64,000 nucleotides of DNA, from the NCBI GenBank assembly GCA_965153285.1, contig OZ229112.1. One strand, 5' to 3'. Positions 1 through 13,919 of this stretch are shown in pieces; the stretch's first letter is position 1; the number at the start of each line of letters is the position of its first letter. This stretch comes from Podarcis tiliguerta. Lineage: Eukaryota. Below the pieces are notes generated by a model, which was given only the letters and a program-made list of their open reading frames with translations, searched no databases and was not told the origin of the DNA. The position numbers and the translations under genes are program-made.

Positions 1-1109
1 TGAAATTGATTTGTTTAACCTAACAGGACTTAAACATCTGTTGGCAATGGACTGAGTACTTTATAAATTTTCCAATATAGCCACTTTTGTACCCAATGCT
101 GTTTGTCCATAGATGGAAGGAACCTGTCAGTGGAACAGTGGAGGGAGGCAGGCCTGTGTAAAGCAGCTGGTACCCGGCGGGGGCCAGCTTAACACACCTG
201 GGGCTAGTGTACCCAGCTGCCCTCCACATGGGCCTGGAGGAAGACAATTGTGTACCCCACAATGTCCCCCTAAATCTGCTCCATAAGATTTCTCAACCTT
301 CTAAGCATATTTAGGAGCCTGTGGAGAGAGGGAACCTAAAATGTATTTCCTTCTTCATTCCATTGATGGTTTTCTTCCATTAGTTAAAGAACAGCATTGA
401 ATGCCACTCACAGGTAGACACCACACAGCAAAATATTGTTTGTACTTCTACAAACCCTGGGGTTTCCCCAACCACAGTAATACCTTCTCCTTGTTTCTCC
501 GTAGCCCCACTTCAGCTGCAGTCATGCTAGTACTCAGCCGATAACTTCACTATTACAAGGAGTGATGCAAAAATCACTAGGTACCCAGAAAGTTAATAGA
601 AATGTAATAACCTTTAGCATATAGACCATTAGGCAGGGCAGCTCTTCAACATAAATTTTGTTCATTGTTTCATTGAAATAAACATAGGCTGTAATATAGT
701 TGTACCACTGTGTTCACCCTCCATATTTATCTGGTGTGATTACCGGTAACTTCCTATAGACCTGTTCTGAAGCTAGTTCTGTACTAACTCAGCAAAAAGA
801 GAACATAGCTCAATAAAAGGCCTATTCATGTCCAAAAACTTTAAGCACTGTTTTCTCCAGATGTTCTACAGTTAATAAAGCATATGTCCTTAACTGACCT
901 CCTTCATTGAGAAAACAATATCAATCCCAGGATTTCAGCAGGAATAACATGCTATAAGGGTACACAGTAAATTACTATTTATGGCTCAGCCTAAAGCCTT
1001 GGGATATTGTAAGAAATTAATCTTCCTATGGTGTAATTTACTCTGAACCCTCAAGAAAGGGAGGAGGACCACACTTAATAAAGCTGGTTCTTAAAACAAG
1101 TATTAACAT

Positions 1110-1740
1110 TTAATTTTATTTATTAAACAAAATGTATATACTGCTTGCTTGTTTAAAGAGCCTTCTAAGTAGTTTGCAACAACACAGACTAAAACATTGA
1201 AAGTTATTGATTAAAAAACAGTTAATATCTGTATTAAAAATATTCAAAGGATGATAACAATCAGCAGTAGCTTAAGAACAACAACAACATGTAATTTCTA
1301 CATGTCTGGATAAGTTTGTCTAAGCAAAAATGTTTTATGCAGGCACCAAAAAGAGTAAAACAAAGGTGTCTGTCTGCCTGATGTCAATAGGGTTGCCACA
1401 CAAAAAGATAATCTCTCTGCTCTTGTAAGAAATCTAAGTGGCACCTGTAACAGTATTGGTTCCATAGATCAAAGTGGTTGAGGAGTGGACATATATGGAC
1501 TAAGGCAATCCGAACTGGTCCCGAGCTCTTTTATATGCTAATAGTAACACCTTGAACTTGTCCTGGTAGTAAATCGGCAACCAGTGCAAATCTCTGAGCA
1601 AAGGTGTTACAGTACATGCTGACAGCGTCACTCCTGGCAGCAACCGTGCTGCAGCATTCTGCTCTAATTGCAGCTCCAGATGAAGCACAAAGGAGTGCAT
1701 TGCAAGAATCCAACTCAGCTTACTACAATCATACATTGGC
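1110..1740 (-). mobile_element. L2-clade LINE 3' fragment, decayed
   Basis: ORF 1500-1796 contains LQLEQNAAARLL...VTPLLRDLHWLPI...FKVLLLAYK, the L2 ORF2 C-terminal signature. An AT-rich tail lies near 1110. Confidence 0.8.
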
Positions 1741-2329
1741 CTGAAGATACTTTCCTGCTGCAAGCTTCCGGTTTTGGAGCTGTAAGTGCATGCCAAATCT
1801 TAGCTCATGAGTAGCCTCATTAACATTACTGACACCATTCAGATGCTTAACGTTAAACGTATATTTAGGAACATTGCATGGCCAAGACTGCAGTTGTTGA
1901 AAGACAAAGTTTACACATAACTACATAAAGCAGATGTATAAAATAAATACAAATTGTAATCTACCATCAGCAACACTTTTAGCAGCAAGGTAAATAAGCC
2001 TTTTGCTCAAACAATTAACAGCCCTCTCACCACTATTCTGTGACATGCAAACTTTCCCCAGAGTGTCTCTTTCAATGTTCTTGTACAACTTCAACATTTA
2101 AATTGTGCTAATCAGTGAATACAGGCAACACCTAATCACATGATAAGGTTTTCCACCATGTGGTTGCTTGCATACACACAACAGTGGTATGTATCTTCAT
2201 GGTTAAATTCATATTTCTTTTCCGAGTGTGATTATGTATTCTGAAAGATTTTAATCAGGAGTGGAGTACCTTTTTCAATCTGAAGGTCACATCCTGCATG
2301 CACAGTCTTCCAAGGGCTGTGCGGCAGTA

Positions 2330-2670
2330 GTGGGTAGGGCCAAAAGGGGAAACGGGTGGGGCTACAGGAAAAGTAGGTGGGGCAGTAGACGTGACTCTTA
2401 CCTGTGTACTATAGGCTAGATTCCACCCATGCAAACACCAGAGGTTTCTAAACACCCATGCCCATTTCTCCATCCAGGTAAGCAAGTGAAATTATCACAG
2501 TCCATGGACACATTCCAGCCACACCAAATTACTCAAGGAAGAAGTGGGGCAGGACTGTTGGGGGGTGTCCTGGGAAGAAGGGGCATGGCCAGGGAAGAAT
2601 CCCAAAGGCTGGATACAGAGGCCTGGAGGATTGCGTTTGGCACCCAGAACTGAGGTTCCCCAGCCCCGAT
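2330..2670 (-). mobile_element. hAT/Charlie-like MITE fragment, an inverted relative of the element at 20466
   Basis: Reverse-complement similarity to 20466-20640: ggacacattccagcc vs ggctggaatgtgtcc, and gaggttcccca vs tgggaaacctc. Confidence 0.5.
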
Positions 2671-5409
2671 TTAAATGATAGTCATTCTGTTCACTGAGGT
2701 TTTGCTGAGGAGCATTTTTTTTTTTATGATAAACTTTACAGTCATGTCTCTGAAGTTACTGTACCCTTTGTGAACATTATTGGGAGGGGGGAGTTGCCTT
2801 AGATTTTTTCGTTGCAATGGTGGTTTGCTCACATGTACATACAGGCAGTGACCGTTTTAGGCACATCCGATTTGTGCACAACCGCACATGCATGCATTGC
2901 ACCGCACCCAGAAGTGATCCGATAACATAATAAAAAAGGATGGAGTGGGGGTGGAACAGGGTGTTTGCAGGCTTTTTCAGTGGTGTTTCAAATATATGCA
3001 ATTTCACTTAAGCATGCAGTGCCTTTGAACATAACCTCCACATAAATTGGGAGTTGCCTATACCACAATGGAAACAAATTAAGGTTAAAAGAAAAACTAA
3101 AATGATGTTCATTTTGCTCTTAAAATTCAGTAAAGGATTTCACAGATTTAAAAGCAACACAATCTACTTTTTTTAAAAAAAAGCAGAGATTAGAACAGAT
3201 TAACCATCAGTTTCCCTAAACAAAGAACTAGGAAACAGTGATAAAAGCAGAAATGCACAGAAGAACAGGTAGAGCCTTCACTCCATAGCAACAGAACTTG
3301 TCAGCAACCAGGAATGGAGCAACAGTCACTACAGAATAATCCAAAACCAGCCATGGTCACCTGTACTGCTTTATATTAGTATACAGTACAGTGGACAGAC
3401 TTGCTCACATTTGCCATATGATAAATAAATTGTCTGCATTCAACCAATTAAATAAGAAACAAATAAGAAAATCTACATGACTATTACTTATGGCTAAACT
3501 TTTATTTACAGAAGGAAATGTTGATACTAGGTATAAAAGTAAGTTATGCCATTCATCACTGACGGTGTCATAGTCATTGCCATAGAGGCTGTGGCAGTCA
3601 CACCAGTGGTGGACTTTGGGCTCTCAAATTTTAGCAGCGCCCTGTGCAACACTAAAATTCAGTGCCCCCCCCCCCGCCTCTTGTGCTCTGTTTTATAGCA
3701 TTGTTTTGGTGTTCCCTGCAGGGCTCAAGGCAACCGCACCAGTCGCACTACCCTAAAACTGCCTCACACAACCACATTTCACAGACTGTTCACAACCACA
3801 ATAACATGTGTTAGATGGCAGAACCACTGCATGTTCCTCAGGAACAAATTTCTGCTGTTCATGTCCTGAGAAGATGTGATGACCCCACATCATTAGTGCT
3901 AGCCTGAGAAAATGTGCCCAGAGTCTCCATGGAAAATTAGTAACAAAGGTATATTCCCTGGAAAGCTCTTCCATCTGACTGTAGTGCACTGTATGTAGAA
4001 AATCCAGGTTAAAAGCCTGACTCAACCAAGATAGTAAGATATCAAAAGCTTCTGATTCTGATTCAGTTTAATTGTAGTTTAGTGTGTTTAGTGTGTTTAG
4101 ACTGAACCCTAAACTGTGGTTAATCTTAACTGTGATTAGTTGAAACAAGCTAGCTTCAAACTCTAGTTTATGACACTTACTTCTGATCTTCATGTAGCTG
4201 CACCAGAGGAGGACGGGAGAATGCATGAACCAGTGCTTGCTAAGTCTTCTTTAACCTGTCATAGCATTACTTCTGAATGCAATCACGGTCCCTCAGCCAA
4301 AGCTGCCACACAGAATAGCTCTGATGGTGCAATAGCCTTGTTCACATATAGCACTAAGTCATGATTTGTTAAGCCAAAGTGTGGTTTGTTTGAACATCCG
4401 GCCTTAGCCCAGCAGATTAATCATGGATTGTTGCACGGCAACAAACAACAATGTGAAGTCATAGCTTTTTGGCTTACAAATTGAGACCTATTTTAACAAA
4501 GGCTTAGCACTGCATCCGAACCCAACAGACATGGGTTGCTTAAACATGGTTTGTTTTGGCAACTCTGCCAAAGACACTTACCAGCCTACAGATACATGAG
4601 GCAAGAGCAGCTAGAAACCAGTGGACAAAAAGCTTTTTTTTTTTTTTTTGCCCTTCTGTGAAAGGAACAAACCGTATTTAAAACAAGCAATGGTTTAGCA
4701 TAATGTGCAAATGCAGCCAACATGATACCCCCCCCCCAACATCCTGCTATTCTTGGAGGAAGCTTGGGATTAAATATAATTGTATATAGAAATCATGTTA
4801 TATCATTGGGACACCACTGTGGTAAAGCAATGTGCAATGAATTATGCTTAATGGATACTGCCAGGACCACAATATGGAAAGAAGTAATAGAATTAATACA
4901 AATTTAGTTAAAGCTTGGATGTGTGGATATAGAAAGTCCATTGAGAAAAAATATTTTAACGCAATATCTAAGACCATAAAAAGAAGAGCTTGTGTCAGGG
5001 ACTGGCAGTACTCCTAAGAGTGTGGTGTGGAGGCAGGGGATCAAGACAGTAACCCAGGAGAGGGGACCAGTGATATATGAGTTTGACAATGCCCACAAGG
5101 TAGGAGCCAAGGGAGGGGGACAAGTCAGAGAAAGGTACACCAGATGTGACAGAAGAAGAAGAGGCTTTTCAGCCAACAGACAGGTCAATAGACTCCCCAC
5201 TGTCTCCCACACCACTGTCTCCCAGGACCAGAAGGGGCTTCAACTGTGACACCATAGTCTCACTCCTGGTCTGTCACCTCCAGTTCAGACCCCATGAGCA
5301 TATATGGTATATGAAATTAACTAACAGTTTCTGATACAACATTCAAAATTGGTGTGGTGATATGCTTTCCATGGTGGCTGAGAAATAAGTGGTGCTGGCA
5401 GGAATAGTA

Positions 5410-5626
5410 TAGGGTAGCCATGTTTCAATCAGTGAAAATCCGGACAGAAAAGTTGTTGGAAAATTACAATGTTTGAGCTTTTTTTATGGAAAATCAGCAA
5501 AAATGGAACATGGGCTGCCATACGTCCAAACTTTCCCGGACATTTTTGCTGATTTTCGTCCAGACACTGTTACAGACAACAGTATTCCAGAGATGTCCAG
5601 GAAATTCCAGACATATGGAAACCCTA
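5410..5626. mobile_element. hAT-like MITE
   Basis: Imperfect TIRs TAGGGTAGCCATG ... CATATGGAAACCCTA, with repeated subterminal TCC(G/A)GAC motifs. Confidence 0.6.
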
Positions 5627-6119
5627 ACTGAATAGTATAGCGTAGCATATAAATTATTGCCTCTTTTAGGACTACAAAAAAAGAAGCAACAGCAGACAAC
5701 TTAAACAAGATATTACAAAAATAGTTACATATTAAAATGTTGTTTTACTACTTATATTTATAAATCAATATCAGTTCAGTTTCCTTCCAACACACTCTTC
5801 CTTTTTTGACATGCATTCAGAAGGTTACTGTTATTGCTATGATTAAGCATACTAAGATGTTATGGAAAGAAAAATAAGATATCCCATTCTGCCTGAGGAA
5901 AAGAAGAGAGAGAGAAAACAGAGGTGCTAAAACAAGAAGAGGGAAGGAGGAGGATTGGCTCTACCTTTAGGCTCACATGCTCAAGAAACATGTTTTGGAG
6001 TAGCAAAAAAAATTACCAGTTGTCTATATTACTGCAGTCTTTCTACCCACATGGGAGAAATGCAATTTAATGGTGTAGTCCTAGTGGTGCAGCAATAATG
6101 AAACTGCTAGCACATTCGC

Positions 6120-6165
6120 AAAGCTAAGCAGGGTCCAGTAGGGTTTCCAATTGGATGGAGGATCG
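6120..6165 (+). mobile_element. Possible 5S rRNA-derived SINE head fragment
   Basis: AAGCTAAGCAGGGTC...TTGGATGG resembles the 5S internal control region (boxes A and C). Short and diverged. Confidence 0.3.
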
Positions 6166-6269
6166 CATGCTGAGCTTCCTGCATTGCAGTGGGTTGCACT
6201 AGATGTCCATCTTTTGCCTAATGAACCAAAATGCATTGTGTCTTTGGCAGGCAGAATGGATGAATAAGG

Positions 6270-6453
6270 GGAGCTGTTCAGCAGTAGAACAGACTTCTAT
6301 GAGAGGTGGTGCATTCTCCTTCCTTGGAGGCTTTTAAGCAGGTGTTGGATAGCCATCTATTATGGATGCTTTAGCAGAGATTCCTGCATTGCAGAGGGTT
6401 GGACTAGATGACCCTTGGGGTCCCTTTCAACACTAAGATTCTAAGATTCCATG
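6270..6453 (+). mobile_element. CR1 LINE 3' end
   Basis: TCTCCTTCCTTGGAGG...TTTAAGCAG...GGTTGGACTAGATGACC...GGTCCCTTTCAAC, followed by a degenerate (ATTCTATG)n tail. Confidence 0.8.
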
Positions 6454-7109
6454 ATAGCTCTGGTGGGGTGTCTACTCATGGCAACAGTAGCAAAGCACTG
6501 GGGAGTCTGAAGGAGGTGACAGTCTAATTGGTATTATAATGTATCGTACCTTGCATTGGTGAAGTTGACCCAACATTGTGGGACAATTGCAATTTACAAA
6601 ATACATTATAAATTATAAAAATGTTATAGCCCCTTTTGCAGCAGTGTTTTGCCTCTCTTCTACATCAATAGCAATACCCATATTTTCTGCAGAATAAGTA
6701 GCTGTGATTCCAACCCTCAGTTATCCAAGTGTAGATATTATGTGCTGTACACTTATTTATTCTGGGTATTTGAAATACTATTTTTCCTTTTCGTGTGATT
6801 TGTACTTCTCCATGTTGAAGTATAGATGTTTGGATGCATGCCTGGAAATCAATAAAGACTGTTGGTTTTTTAACAGCCTTTGAACAATCCTATGTCCATT
6901 ATTGCCCATTAAATAGGATTCTGACCTCTCGTGAACGTGCACTGCAGTCCTAAAGAGACCAAGCTAGCAGTTCCCATTTTTAAGGATAGAATACCGAACT
7001 ACTGCTGCTGCTTCTACAACTAGTGTTTTGTTCAGGAACAGGGAACCTGTGCCCCTCTAGACACTGTACAACTCCCATCACCCCTGAAGAGGCCTGCATT
7101 GCCAAAAAT

Positions 7110-7163
7110 TGGACTAGATGACGCTTGTGGTCCCTTCCAACTCTACAATTCTATGATTCTATG
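7110..7163 (+). mobile_element. CR1 terminal fragment inserted in a short hAT-like MITE (about 7034-7210)
   Basis: GGACTAGATGAC...GGTCCCTTCCAACTCTACAATTCTATGATTCTATG. Confidence 0.7.
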
Positions 7164-9581
7164 CTGGCTGGGGCAGATGAGGGTTGGCATCCAACAGTAT
7201 CTGGAACAGAGACAGCTGACCCATGACGCTTGGTGAGACAGTTGCCTCAGGTGGCAGGCTGGAGACAGCTGGTAGGGATGGCAGATCCAGGCCCCTGAGG
7301 CGTATGACACTTGCCACCCCCTGTGCTTGTTGCCCCCTGCTTCCTTCTCCTCTCTAGTCCCCTTTTTTCTCTCCCGCCACCTTCAGCATGCCAGGGCTTC
7401 TCCAGGCTGCCTCCAGGTGCTTAAGGCAGTGGAGGAGGAGGAAGAAATGAAGGCAGTGGAGGTACCATTTGCTGTTTTGCCTCACACGGCAAAGCATCCT
7501 GCGCTGGCCCTGATCTAGAGAGGCACAGATTGTCCATCCCTGGTGAAGCATTTACTTTACACTACCTGTGTACAGTGCAGGCTATAGAGGTAATAAAAAA
7601 AATTGTCCGCCAGATAATTTAAAAACATCAATAGATATTGGGGTGGGGGCAGTTCGAAAGAATACTGAAAGTAAGGCAGCAAAGGAAATCCAGTTAAGGC
7701 TAAGATAGTGAGAGAAACAGGATTTCTGAAGGAGGGAAATAACTTGACAAATAGAAGAGGAAGGCAGCATGGAACTAGGCAGATAGATAGGAGGAAGAAG
7801 GGAAGAAGGAGAAGACAAAGAAAGGCAGTAGATGCACAACAGAAGACCAAGTGGAAAAATGAGAGAGCAAGCTCTTCTTGTGTGACGCTGGCCGTGTGGG
7901 AACCATTGCATCACTGCCCCTTCCCATGTTGCAAGCAGCTAGGTGAAAAGCCTCAAGCAATGTGGTCTCTCCTTGCTGTGTCTCTTCTCCATGCCAGCAT
8001 TGCAGGCAGCTCTTTCCCAGCTGCAGGATGGGCTCCTCCCTCTTGGCCCAGTAATGCAGTATGGGGCTTATGTGATAAGAAACAGCCACCAAAGAAAACA
8101 GAGCATCAGTGGTTGGAAAGAGCCACCAGGACAAGTCTCAGTTCTGAGTACCAAGAATAGAAGCGTGCTGTGTGTCAAGAAGTATAATACTGGAGATCAA
8201 ACATCAAAGAATGCAGACACACTGACACATACGAGCACTCAAAATAAACAAAGAGAAATTCACTGGAAATGCTGGATACGACGATTCCAGTTGAGTATAA
8301 AGGTTGGAAAAGAAGGGATAAAGAGGGGAAAGAAAGAAATACACACCACACACTCAAAAAGAAATGAAGGGGGAAAGGAAAGGAGGATGGTATGTGGTGG
8401 AAGATGCAATGTCAAGAAAGGTTAAAACTTATTTTTAAGGACAGGATAGATTTGAGCACTCAAAGGGAGACAATGGATGAAGAAAGGTTGAATGGGAATG
8501 CATGAAGGAAGAGGAGATGGAGAGGAAGACTGCATTTCACAATACTATGCAATCAAGAATTGGCAGCCAAGAGTTATTGTGCCTAGACTGTAGAGGGATT
8601 GCAAAGATATAGGAAGTCCAAATGATAGTTATGTCTACCATCAATAAAAATAACAGAAAATGGGGAAATCACTAGTCATTTTTATATTTCTTGAGGTTGT
8701 GACAACCAGATAGCACTATATTTTTTGCTATTTCTGATTTCACACTGATAACTTTCTGAATTGTGTTTCTAAAGGCTCATATATAATCAAACAACTAAAG
8801 CCAAGGAAACGTTAAAACCAGGTTGCCAGGAATACCTAAAATGACAAAGCAGGTGATTGCTTGTGTGCTGTCAAATTGGGAGAGAATTATCTTTGCCAAA
8901 GAAACCTACTTCAAAACCTTCAACATTCTATAGAACCTTCTGTTCAGCTAAAATTGTTTTTGTTTTGCTTTTTGCTCATTTTTCACCTGAAGGAGCCCAG
9001 GCCACCATTTTGCAATATTTTTAATATGCATCACTTTAATCTTTTAGATTCTGCAGTACACACACATATCACATCTGGCTGGTGGAAAAGACTATCATGT
9101 TATCCTGTATGGGAATATGCATTTTTATCATACATGACACAGAGAAGGAGACTTGTGGATATATGATTATATATCTTTCTCTTAAGAGACTAAAGGCTTA
9201 AAAATGCAGCAGCAATTTTTTTCATTTACACAGTACTGTATATTGACTAAATTTTACTGTGATATCATCAGGCAGAGAACATAGGGCTTGCTGTTGCATA
9301 ACTGATAATAGATTCCTTCTATTTCTTAAAAGATATAGATCTCAATTTTTATACGACTTTTTTCTGCTAGGAAACAAGGGGTGAGACCTGGCAATTGCAG
9401 ACAGGAAACATGAAAGACAAGTCTGTCAGAATCATTTTCTTCTAGGTTATTTTGCTGAACGCCTATTTCAGACTTTGAAAGAAGCAGAGTGAATTCTTTC
9501 TCTCCCTTTTTACTTCCTTGCATGAGTGAACTTAAGTACTAAAGCACAAAGTTAAACATCTCTCTGAAGCTAATAAATTTT

Positions 9582-9585
9582 GAGA

Positions 9586-9627
<42 letters not shown>
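9582..9627. repeat. (AG)n microsatellite
   Basis: Directly visible. Confidence 0.95.
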
Positions 9628-9629
<2 letters not shown>

Positions 9630-12094
9630 CATCATTCTCTTTATTTCTGTTGGGTTTCAAGAGTGGAGGCCAATAATGTCAATGAACACACACTAGCCTA
9701 TATGAACAGCTCCACTTCCCAGGGTTATTGACATTTTCTAAAAATATACCTACCCACCTACCTACACTAAGGGGGGATGTACAAGTCATCCAGGCTTTAT
9801 AGTGGCCCCTTACTTTCATGAAATCTTTGAATAGTATCTTCATAGTATCTTTCATGAGGTTCCTTGACTATATGTCTTTGTTAATCAGGGGATTCATTTC
9901 TCTAGGATAATTTTAAATGTCTCCCACTCTCTTTTGTTGTCAGAACCTTCTTTTTTTTAACTGATTTTCATATTGTGATACATATTTCAATCACCGCCAG
10001 CAGAAATGTTAAAATGTAAGAATCTTTAACAGAGTTTACCAATAAATAATAACAGATGGAGACATCAGGAGTAAAGCCTTTTTTAGTTACAAATTACTTA
10101 TTGAGAATCTACAAGGTAAACACCACAGGCTCACGGAGACAGCCCTGTGAAATTATAAAACAGATTAATCACGATCCTCACAGTAGACAAAGAAGGTAAA
10201 TGTGTAGATTAACTCAGTCTAGTTTGTTTAGAAAAATTTCCAGTACGATCTGATAGGTGCAATCACATTAATTCATTCAAATGTACATTAATTACGTATG
10301 GTTCAAAGCACTTTTCTTGCATTCTTGACAGTTGCATCATTATCTGGCATTAAACTTGTGTCTGACCTTAATCTATTTATATGGAACCATCTTTCTGACA
10401 TGAATAAGATTTCTCTTGAGTAAAAGGGATGTGGATGTCTGAATTTCTTATATTAGATGAAACATATGTGCAAATACTAAGTTTGTCATCTCACACGTAA
10501 GTATTATATTCTTGATATGGTAAATGGTAAACCTTGTGCAGTATTCACATCACTACGAGACAACACTACAATTCTAAGGGCATCCTTTATCCACAGCAGG
10601 AAAGGAAGGCAAAGAGAAAGGAAGAACTGGGGGGAAATTAAGACACTGAAAATACATTGCAGGTCAGAGTGAAACAAAATATTTCTGTCTGAAAAAAATC
10701 ACTGAATTTTACTGAAATTCAACATAGGCAAACTATGCAGCCAAGCACTTTTTTGCACACAATGTTGTTGACATTTTCTACAGCTGTCACCTACATTGGA
10801 CGAGAGATAAGCAAAATGCTAGGTAATGCTAGGTAATATCTACCATGATGAAACAGCAAACACCAGTTTCCAGTTATATTAAAACTGAGCAGCAAGTGAT
10901 GTTGCTGATGTGACACAGGAAAAGCTAGTGCCTGAGTTTCCCTCCATCATTACTGAGCAAATTATGAGGCTCTATCAAACAGCCAATCTTCAAGAAAATC
11001 TGTATGATGAGGTAATTTTATTACTCATTCATAGTGCCTTGTATTTGCTGGACTTAAAATAGACACTTGTACCCAGTGGCTTTTTATTACTGGAAGGAGG
11101 GTGGGGAGAGGGAATCACATACACGCCGGCCCTTTTTCTTACTCCTAGCAAATGGAAGCAATTCAATCCAACATGGGCTGAAACTTGAGTAGGTCACTGT
11201 ACACCATGATAAAATTCCCTAATCCCTGAGCCAAATTTCCCTGAGGGGGCCCTCCTACTAGTCCTTCATTTTCCAAGCTGACTTTTCCATTCCCCAACCC
11301 TCTCTCTCCTGTTTCCCTCCCCTTCATCTCTTTCATTTCCCCCTACCTTACAGCCTTGATATCTGATCTGCTGCTGGGACTCAGGTTACAGTTTTTACAG
11401 CTTAGGCTGTCTATTGCTGTATATACATTCCTTTCTTTCTGCTCTGTCGTGATTACTTACCAGAGCTTATTTTACACAGGTCCAGATGAAAGCAGTTCAG
11501 ATGAAGGGAAGCAGTCAAGCTGTTTGAACAGTACAGATATGTACCTACACAAGGGCACATTGTGTTCACAATGACATTTTGTTGCATACAGTGTTACCAG
11601 TTTGTTGTCACTATGCTCTTTAACTCTGTAAAGAGGAGGAAATCCCTCCAATATAGTCAATAAATGAGGAATTATTCTCAGAATGGTAATCAAGCCGTCC
11701 ACATATGTAACACACTCGGATGCCAATCAGCTTAAAACTTTCATTATAATTTAAGACCATTCTGGAGAAACCCACCAATCCTATTAAAAGAATGTGGTCT
11801 CCAAGCTTAATAAGACAACTTGCTCTGGTATGTGGTCTAGGCTGTCTGAAAGCTTCTGCTGTTATTCACCTTTCAACCACCCAAACTATAAAAACTGTCT
11901 CCAAAGCTAGGTCAGTCCACAACCTTGGAGTCAATTGCTCATACAGCTAAAATTCTGATTTATTTATTTATCATAATACTGTTCAACTGCTAACAGAGGC
12001 TTAAGGAAAGGAGAAACTTATCTGATTAAGGGTAATACAAACACTTAATATCATGGCCTTTTTATAAAAACAAAATGTGAGTAATTTTTCCTCC

Positions 12095-12096
<2 letters not shown>

Positions 12097-12131
<35 letters not shown>
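12097..12131. repeat. (AC)n microsatellite
   Basis: Directly visible. Confidence 0.95.
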
Positions 12132-12133
<2 letters not shown>

Positions 12134-13919
12134 GTTGTTTTTGTTTCTTCCTCACCATTTCAGACAAACATCTGTTATACTGCAGAAGAACAACTATCTC
12201 CCAAACCACCAAGTGTGCCTGCAGCCAAAGTAAACAAAACAAACCCAGAGGATCCAGCACAGTCAGCCTTTATATCCAGCCAGGATAACATTTCACATGT
12301 TTTGATTAAAATTAGCTAATTTGTAATCCTAGAACCTATGAAACTTAAAAACTGCAGTCCACACAGATTGCATGAAGCAGTGTCTTAAAGGGATAATGCA
12401 TAGTGGGGCAATTTTCTGCACCCACTGTTCCCCCCTTCTCCTGCCCTCTTTTTAAAAAAAGTCAGAAAAGAAAACAAGAAAAAGAAAACAAAAACAAGTT
12501 CAAGCCCGATCCAGCTGAGCAATTACTGTTAAGTTGAAGTGTGTACAATGCTTCATCTCAAGATACGGTGTCATACATGTCTCAAGGAAATAAAGCTGTT
12601 GCAAAGGAATGTAGAGGATCTAGTCTAGAGAATGAATAAATGTTATTGATATGCAGGATATTTGCTCTTACGCATGCCATCTTTTTATTCAGATGCCCAT
12701 CTGCCTGCTGTTTGAACAAATCCCGAGTAAGCACAAAAAGAAGGAATACAAATATAGCAAACTTAAAGAACTTTCCCCAATATTAAATTAAGAACTGAAA
12801 GAGAACCTGAGGATTATCCTTCAGTTTGGTGAAAATAAACAAAACAGCCCTGTTAATCCATATGCTTTACTATCCTTATACTCATAGTAGGTGTAGATGC
12901 ATAGATACAGTATATATTTTACAGCTCAACACATAACTTGCACATTTCAGGATGTAACAGCTGTGATCAGACCTATTGTGAATCAGCTGAATGCCACTTC
13001 ATTCCACATTCAAAACTGTGCTGTTTTCATTATTATTGGGTTTTGATTATTTTTTTTTTAAAAAGCAAGTTCATCTCAGCCCTGCAACACGTGTAAGCCA
13101 CAGGGTATAGACAGATGAGAAGCATAAAATAAACATAGTCGTGGGCATTCTGGATAATAAAAACATGCAACAGAGGACCATTTCAGCTCAGCCTGCAACC
13201 CCAGGAGAAAGAAGTCCTGAGGTGTGTTTCTGAGCAGCCGCTGCTATGCTAACATCTGGAGAGGCAGCCCACAGCCCTACCTCTGGAGCACAGCTGGATG
13301 GGCATCGTTTCCTGTCAAGACACTGACTTTCTCTCCTCCGGCCCCAACCTTTCCAAACAAACCTGTAATATATATATATATACATATATGCATACACACA
13401 CACAAAACACATATGCATGAACCTTTTTTTCGGACAGCTCTCTTTCAACACAACACTCCTCTGGTTTGATTAACTGTGAAACGAAGCATGGAAAACAGAA
13501 ACGGAGCAAGCAAAAGAGAGGAGGAGAAGGACAAGAGACCCTTGTGTCCAAAGCACAAGAATGATGTGCAGTTCAGACCATAACATTTCACTTTGACAAT
13601 TTAATTACACAGTTGCAGCAGCTGGCTACTGGAAAAGGGGGGCGGCTGCCGAGAGGAGAGGGAAAGACAGGACTTAAATGACTTCCCTTCTTCTCTAACT
13701 TTAACATCCTCCGGGTGATTTGGCATAGCACACAAACAAAAAGGAGGGGTCGCTGAAACCTCTACGGGGTGGAAAGTTTCCTTTAAACAAAAAAATCAAA
13801 AAAGCCACTGATGGTGATTAAGAGCAATAAATCAAAGCTGCTCAGTGACCTGGCTTTGTACGTAGCCTGTGTGAAGTGGTCTCTGTTTGCATTTCAGGAG
13901 AAAGAGTTGGGACTTGTAT

